Below, in pieces: positions 27,510-32,000 of a stretch of 32,000 nt of DNA. Position numbers and translations under genes: made by a program. Location: assembly GCF_001457595.1 (NCBI RefSeq), contig NZ_LN831039.1, forward strand, positions 5,940,001 through 5,972,000, written 5' to 3'. This stretch comes from Mycolicibacterium smegmatis (GTDB lineage: Bacteria > Actinomycetota > Actinomycetes > Mycobacteriales > Mycobacteriaceae). Under the pieces are notes generated by a model. The model was given only the letters and a program-made list of their open reading frames with translations, was not told the DNA's origin and did no database searches. How positions within the stretch are numbered: position 1 is the stretch's first letter; every line of letters starts with the position of its first letter.

Positions 27510-28352
27510 CTACCCCGAGAGGTTGAAGTTGCCGGACGCGCCGTAGACGGCGAGTGAGATGAACAGGGTGATGGTGACGACGACGATGAGCGAGGTGCGC
27601 ACGGCTTGGCCCACCGCGATGCCCACACCGACCGGGCCGCCGGAGGCGTTGTACCCGTAGTAGGTGTGCACGAGCATGACGGCGATCGCCATCACGATGG
27701 CCTGCAGGAACGACCACAGCAGGTCGCTCGGTATCAGGAACGTGTTGAAGTAGTGGTCGTAGAGGCCCGCGGACTGCCCGTTGATGAACACCGTCGTGAA
27801 CCGCGCCGCGAAGAACGCCGCGAGCACCGAGAGCGAGTACAGCGGGACGATCGCGATCAGGCCTGCGAGAAGCCGCGTCGACACCAGATAGGACACGGCG
27901 TGCACGGCCATGGATTCGACGGCGTCGATCTCCTCGGCCACCCGCATGGCCCCGAGCTGGGCCGTGGCGCCCGCGCCGATCGTGGCGGCCAGCGCGATAC
28001 CCGCGATGACCGGCGCGACGATGCGCACGTTGAGGAAGGCCGACAGGAAGCCCGTGAGCGCCTCGATGCCGATGTTGCCCAGCGACGAGTAGCCCTGCAC
28101 CGCGATGACGCCGCCGGAGGCCAGCGTCAGGAACGCCGCGACACCGACAGTGCCGCCGATCATCACCAGGGCGCCCGCGCCCATGGTCATCTCGGCGACC
28201 AGGCGGATGGTCTCCTTGCGGTAGCGCGTGAAGGCGTTGGGCAGGTACCGCATGGTCTCGCCGTAGAACAGTGCCTGCTCGCCGACCGTGTCGACGGTCT
28301 TGGGCACGCCGCGGAACAGCCTGCGGAATCTGAGCGTGGCGTCGTAACTCAT
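27510..28352 (-). CDS. yrbE4B: MlaE-family ABC permease YrbE4B
   Basis: Polytopic membrane protein of the MlaE/YrbE family. ATG at 28352 gives 280 aa (MSYDATLRFRRLFRG...), the length I recall for the M. tuberculosis orthologue. Confidence 0.9.
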   Translation of the reverse strand: MSYDATLRFRRLFRGVPKTVDTVGEQALFYGETMRYLPNAFTRYRKETIRLVAEMTMGAGALVMIGGTVGVAAFLTLASGGVIAVQGYSSLGNIGIEALTGFLSAFLNVRIVAPVIAGIALAATIGAGATAQLGAMRVAEEIDAVESMAVHAVSYLVSTRLLAGLIAIVPLYSLSVLAAFFAARFTTVFINGQSAGLYDHYFNTFLIPSDLLWSFLQAIVMAIAVMLVHTYYGYNASGGPVGVGIAVGQAVRTSLIVVVTITLFISLAVYGASGNFNLSG

Positions 28353-28407
28353 CGGCTTCTCTTTTTTGCGCAAGAAACCATCATCGCGCCTCCCGCGCCC
28401 GCACCCG

Positions 28408-29172
28408 TCATCGCGTGAGCACCCTGACGCCGACTGCGGTCATGATCACATTGATCACGAACAGACAGATGAACGCGTAGACCACGGTCTCGTTGACAGC
28501 GTTCCCGACGCCCTTCGGGCCACCTTTGACCGTCAGGCCGCGGTAGCAGCCCACCAGACCTGCGACGACGCCGAACAGCAGGGCCTTGATCTCGGCCAGC
28601 ACCAGCTCGCCGAGACCCGTGAGCACGGTCAGCCCGTTGATGAAGGCACCGGGGTTGACGCCCTGCAGGAACACCGAGAACACGTAGCCGCCGGCCAGGC
28701 CGATCGCGCACACCAGACCGTTGAGCAGCAGCGCCACGAAGGTCGACGCCAGCACGCGCGGCACCACCAGACGCTGGATGGGATCGATGCCCAGCACCCG
28801 CATGGCGTCGATCTCCTCACGGATCGTGCGCGCTCCCAGGTCGGCGCAGATCGCCGTCGCGCCGGCACCGGCGACCACCAGCACGGTCACCACGGGACCG
28901 AGCTGGGTGATGGTGCCGAAGGCCGTGCCCGCGCCGGACAGATCGGCCGCGCCGATCTCACGCAGCAGGATGTTCAGCGTGAACGCGACCAGGACGGTGA
29001 ACGGAATGGCCACCAGCAGCGTTGGAACCAACGACACGCGGGCGATCATCCAGGTCTGGTCGAGGAACTCCTTGAGCTGAAACGGCCTCCGGAAGATCTT
29101 GGCGAAGGTGTCCAGGGACATCTCGACGAAACCGCCCACGGCCCGGGCTGGAACCGCAAGCTGTTCGATCAA
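28408..29172 (-). CDS. yrbE4A: MlaE-family ABC permease YrbE4A
   Basis: A 254-aa MlaE/YrbE family permease (EIDAMRVLGIDPIQRLVVPRVLA). It is the first gene of the mce4 operon. Confidence 0.9.
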   Translation of the reverse strand: MIEQLAVPARAVGGFVEMSLDTFAKIFRRPFQLKEFLDQTWMIARVSLVPTLLVAIPFTVLVAFTLNILLREIGAADLSGAGTAFGTITQLGPVVTVLVVAGAGATAICADLGARTIREEIDAMRVLGIDPIQRLVVPRVLASTFVALLLNGLVCAIGLAGGYVFSVFLQGVNPGAFINGLTVLTGLGELVLAEIKALLFGVVAGLVGCYRGLTVKGGPKGVGNAVNETVVYAFICLFVINVIMTAVGVRVLTR

Positions 29173-29306
29173 CCTCAGCTCCGTTCATTTGGGGCGGGGT
29201 GGGCATTCGCCGGAATTCACTCCGGCGAAAATTCTGGGCCACCGGATCGGCGGCCTTCCCACCCTGGGGTCTGACATGGCGCTCACGTGAGCCGGATCAT
29301 ATTAAC

Positions 29307-29320
29307 TAGAACAAGTTCGC
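29307..29320. promoter_or_regulatory. KstR-type operator, near-consensus
   Basis: TAGAACAAGTTCGC matches 7 of 8 constrained positions of TnnAACnnGTTnnA. It lies 135 bp upstream of the yrbE4A start. Confidence 0.45.
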
Positions 29321-29395
29321 AGTGTCAAAGAACAGCGAACTATGGGAAAACTCCAGCGTCTTCCCAGTTCGGAGCACATAGAGCAGATCGAAATC

Positions 29396-29409
29396 TGAAA
29401 CGTGTTCTA
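29396..29409. promoter_or_regulatory. KstR-type operator, perfect consensus match
   Basis: TGAAACGTGTTCTA fits TnnAACnnGTTnnA at all constrained positions. It lies in the hsd4A-yrbE4A intergenic region, 224 bp upstream of yrbE4A. Confidence 0.6.
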
Positions 29410-29440
29410 ACGGCCCTCGAACGACTGACAATTGAGACTG

Positions 29441-30391
29441 TCAGTCTCGCGACTCCATCAGTGCAGTCGCCGAGAACCCACGCTCCGGATCCCGATCAGC
29501 AAAGTAGTCCCGCAGCGTCACGCTGAGGTCTGCCGGTTCCCACGCGTCCTCGTCGGCGACGAACTGCTTCTCCGCGGTGGGTGCGGCGACCAAGGTGACA
29601 GATGGACCATAAACGATGAACAGCTGACCGTTCACACCTTCCGAGGCCGGTGCCGCCAGGAACTGCACGAGCGTCACGACGTGATCGGTCGACAGCGGGT
29701 CCACCTGCCCCTCCGCCAGTTCGGGCGCGTCACCGAACACGCCCGCGGTCATCGCGGTGCGGGCGCGCGGCGCGATGGCGTTGGCCCGGACCCCGAACCG
29801 CTCCAGCGCCCTGGCCGCCGACAGCGTGAGCGCGGTGATGCCGGCCTTGGCGGCGCCGTAGTTGGGCTGGCCGACCGGACCCGACAGACCGGCCTCCGAC
29901 GACGTGTTGATGATGCGGCCGTAGACCGTGCCGTCCCCCGCCTTGGCCTTGCTGCGCCAGTACGTGGCGGCGTTGCGGGTCAGCAGGAAGTGCCCGCGCA
30001 GGTGGACCGCGATGACCGCGTCCCACTCCTCGTCGGTCATGTTGAACAGGATGCGGTCGCGTGTGATGCCCGCGTTGTTGACGACGATGCCGAGCCCGCC
30101 GAGGCCGTCCGCGGTCTCGACGAGCTCGTCGGCCGTGGACCGCGCGCTGATGTCACCCGCGACGGCGACACCCTTGGATCCGGCCGCGGCGATCTCGTCG
30201 AGCACGTCGGAGCGGTCCAGCGCGCCCGCGATGTCGTTGACCACGACGGTGGCGCCGGCCCTGGCCAGTCCGATCGCCTCGGCCCGGCCGAGGCCCGCGG
30301 CGGCGCCGGTGACGACGGCGACCTTTCCGGACAGGTCGAGATCGGCCCCTCGATCGGGCCCGGTGTCGGAGGGGTGGCTGTCGTTGGTCAT
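29441..30391 (-). CDS. hsd4A: SDR-type hydroxyacyl-CoA / 17-beta-hydroxysteroid dehydrogenase (Rv3502c-like)
   Basis: Motifs GKVAVVTGAAAGLGRAEA, NNAG and YGAAK. ATG at 30391 has a GAGGAG Shine-Dalgarno sequence. Its position between fdxD and yrbE4A matches M. tuberculosis. Confidence 0.85.
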   Translation of the reverse strand: MTNDSHPSDTGPDRGADLDLSGKVAVVTGAAAGLGRAEAIGLARAGATVVVNDIAGALDRSDVLDEIAAAGSKGVAVAGDISARSTADELVETADGLGGLGIVVNNAGITRDRILFNMTDEEWDAVIAVHLRGHFLLTRNAATYWRSKAKAGDGTVYGRIINTSSEAGLSGPVGQPNYGAAKAGITALTLSAARALERFGVRANAIAPRARTAMTAGVFGDAPELAEGQVDPLSTDHVVTLVQFLAAPASEGVNGQLFIVYGPSVTLVAAPTAEKQFVADEDAWEPADLSVTLRDYFADRDPERGFSATALMESRD

Positions 30392-30433
30392 GCGGCTCCT
30401 CGCGTGCGCGGCTGGGTCAATTTATGAATACCT

Positions 30434-30625
30434 CTAGTCTTTGCGGATCAGCGCGGCCCGGGGGCACTCGTTGACCGCCTGCTCGGCCAGATCCTCCTGA
30501 TCGGCGGGCACCGGATCGGATTTCACCACGGCGTAGTCCTCGTCGTCGAGTTCGAACAGATCCGGGGCAATTCCCACGCACACTGCGTTTCCCTCGCAGC
30601 GATCGCGGTCAACTTCAACTCGCAT
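30434..30625 (-). CDS. fdxD: Small [3Fe-4S]/[4Fe-4S]-type ferredoxin (63 aa)
   Basis: ATG at 30625 has GAGGAGG upstream. The sequence is MRVEVDRDRCEGNAVCVGIAPDLFELDDEDYAVV...ECPRAAL. Size and position match Rv3503c. Confidence 0.85.
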   Translation of the reverse strand: MRVEVDRDRCEGNAVCVGIAPDLFELDDEDYAVVKSDPVPADQEDLAEQAVNECPRAALIRKD

Positions 30626-30731
30626 GACGACCTCCTCACGGCGTGTGCGCGCACCGGTCTGGCGGCGCGCAGGCACAGAATACGACCCGATCCGGCCGAT
30701 GGTGGCCAGACACCGGTCTGGACCCCAAGAC

Positions 30732-30745
30732 TAGAACGTGTTACA
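30732..30745. promoter_or_regulatory. KstR-type operator, perfect consensus match, in the fdxD/fadE26 divergent promoter
   Basis: TAGAACGTGTTACA fits TnnAACnnGTTnnA. It lies 45 bp upstream of the fadE26 ATG and 107 bp upstream of the fdxD ATG. Confidence 0.6.
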
Positions 30746-30789
30746 ACCGGGTGAGAAGTCAGGTCGCTTGAGCAGTGAGGATGCAGCGG

Positions 30790-31968
<1,179 letters not shown>

Positions 31969-31987
31969 GGGAAGACGGAGACTTCAC

Positions 31988-32000
31988 ATGGACTTCACCA
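31988..32000 (+). CDS. fadE27: Start of acyl-CoA dehydrogenase FadE27 (truncated by the window end)
   Basis: ATG at 31988 has GGAAGACGGAG upstream. The translation MDFT matches the N-terminus expected for the gene following fadE26. Only 4 codons are visible. Confidence 0.45.

Noticed and set aside
29434-29448. The palindrome gagactg-t-cagtctc spanning the hsd4A stop codon, as a terminator
   Set aside because: A 1-nt loop cannot form, which leaves an effective stem of 5-6 bp with no U-tract. That is too weak to call as a terminator or operator.
29287-29526. A 79-aa plus-strand ORF in the hsd4A-yrbE4A gap
   Set aside because: Codon usage is atypical and it runs into the 3' end of hsd4A in antisense. 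The region is better explained as the mce4 promoter and leader carrying the KstR operators.

Overview
This is a high-GC actinobacterial chromosome segment. Protein sequences and gene order indicate a fast-growing mycobacterium, probably Mycolicibacterium smegmatis or a close relative. All calls come from reading the sequence and ORF translations and recalling known families; no database search was run.

Gene content from left to right:
- An SDR cut by the window edge, a small acidic hypothetical protein, and a HIT hydrolase.
- The PhoPR two-component system, with a phased direct-repeat array in its own promoter.
- A divergent gene for a protein made of 12-13 tandem decapeptide repeats.
- tRNA-Thr(UGU) followed by an orphan HNH endonuclease.
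- A minus-strand run of exported hydrolases: a VanX-like D-Ala-D-Ala dipeptidase lipoprotein, a cutinase and a GH5 glycosidase. A sub-threshold acidic micro-ORF follows them.
- A four-gene molybdenum hydroxylase cluster of the xanthine dehydrogenase / CO-dehydrogenase-like family, in the order large subunit, CoxG, FAD subunit, 2Fe-2S subunit.
- A 3-hydroxyisobutyrate-dehydrogenase-like gene, an SDR and an enoyl-CoA hydratase.
- Three tandem paralogous genes for small four-cysteine secreted proteins.
- A 54-codon ORF abutting otsA.
- The complete mce4 cholesterol-import locus on the minus strand (yrbE4AB, mce4A-F, mam4AB), flanked by hsd4A, fdxD, fadE26 and the first codons of fadE27. This matches the Rv3490-Rv3505 arrangement in M. 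tuberculosis.

No IS element, CRISPR array, rRNA or prophage was seen.

Most noteworthy observations:
1. A four-unit, 11-bp-phased TCACAGC-type (PhoP-box-like) array lies in the divergent promoter upstream of the triplicated small secreted proteins.
2. That uncharacterised Cys-rich triplet family itself.
3. The decapeptide-repeat protein divergent from phoP.
4. KstR-type operators flank the mce4 and fadE26 promoters.
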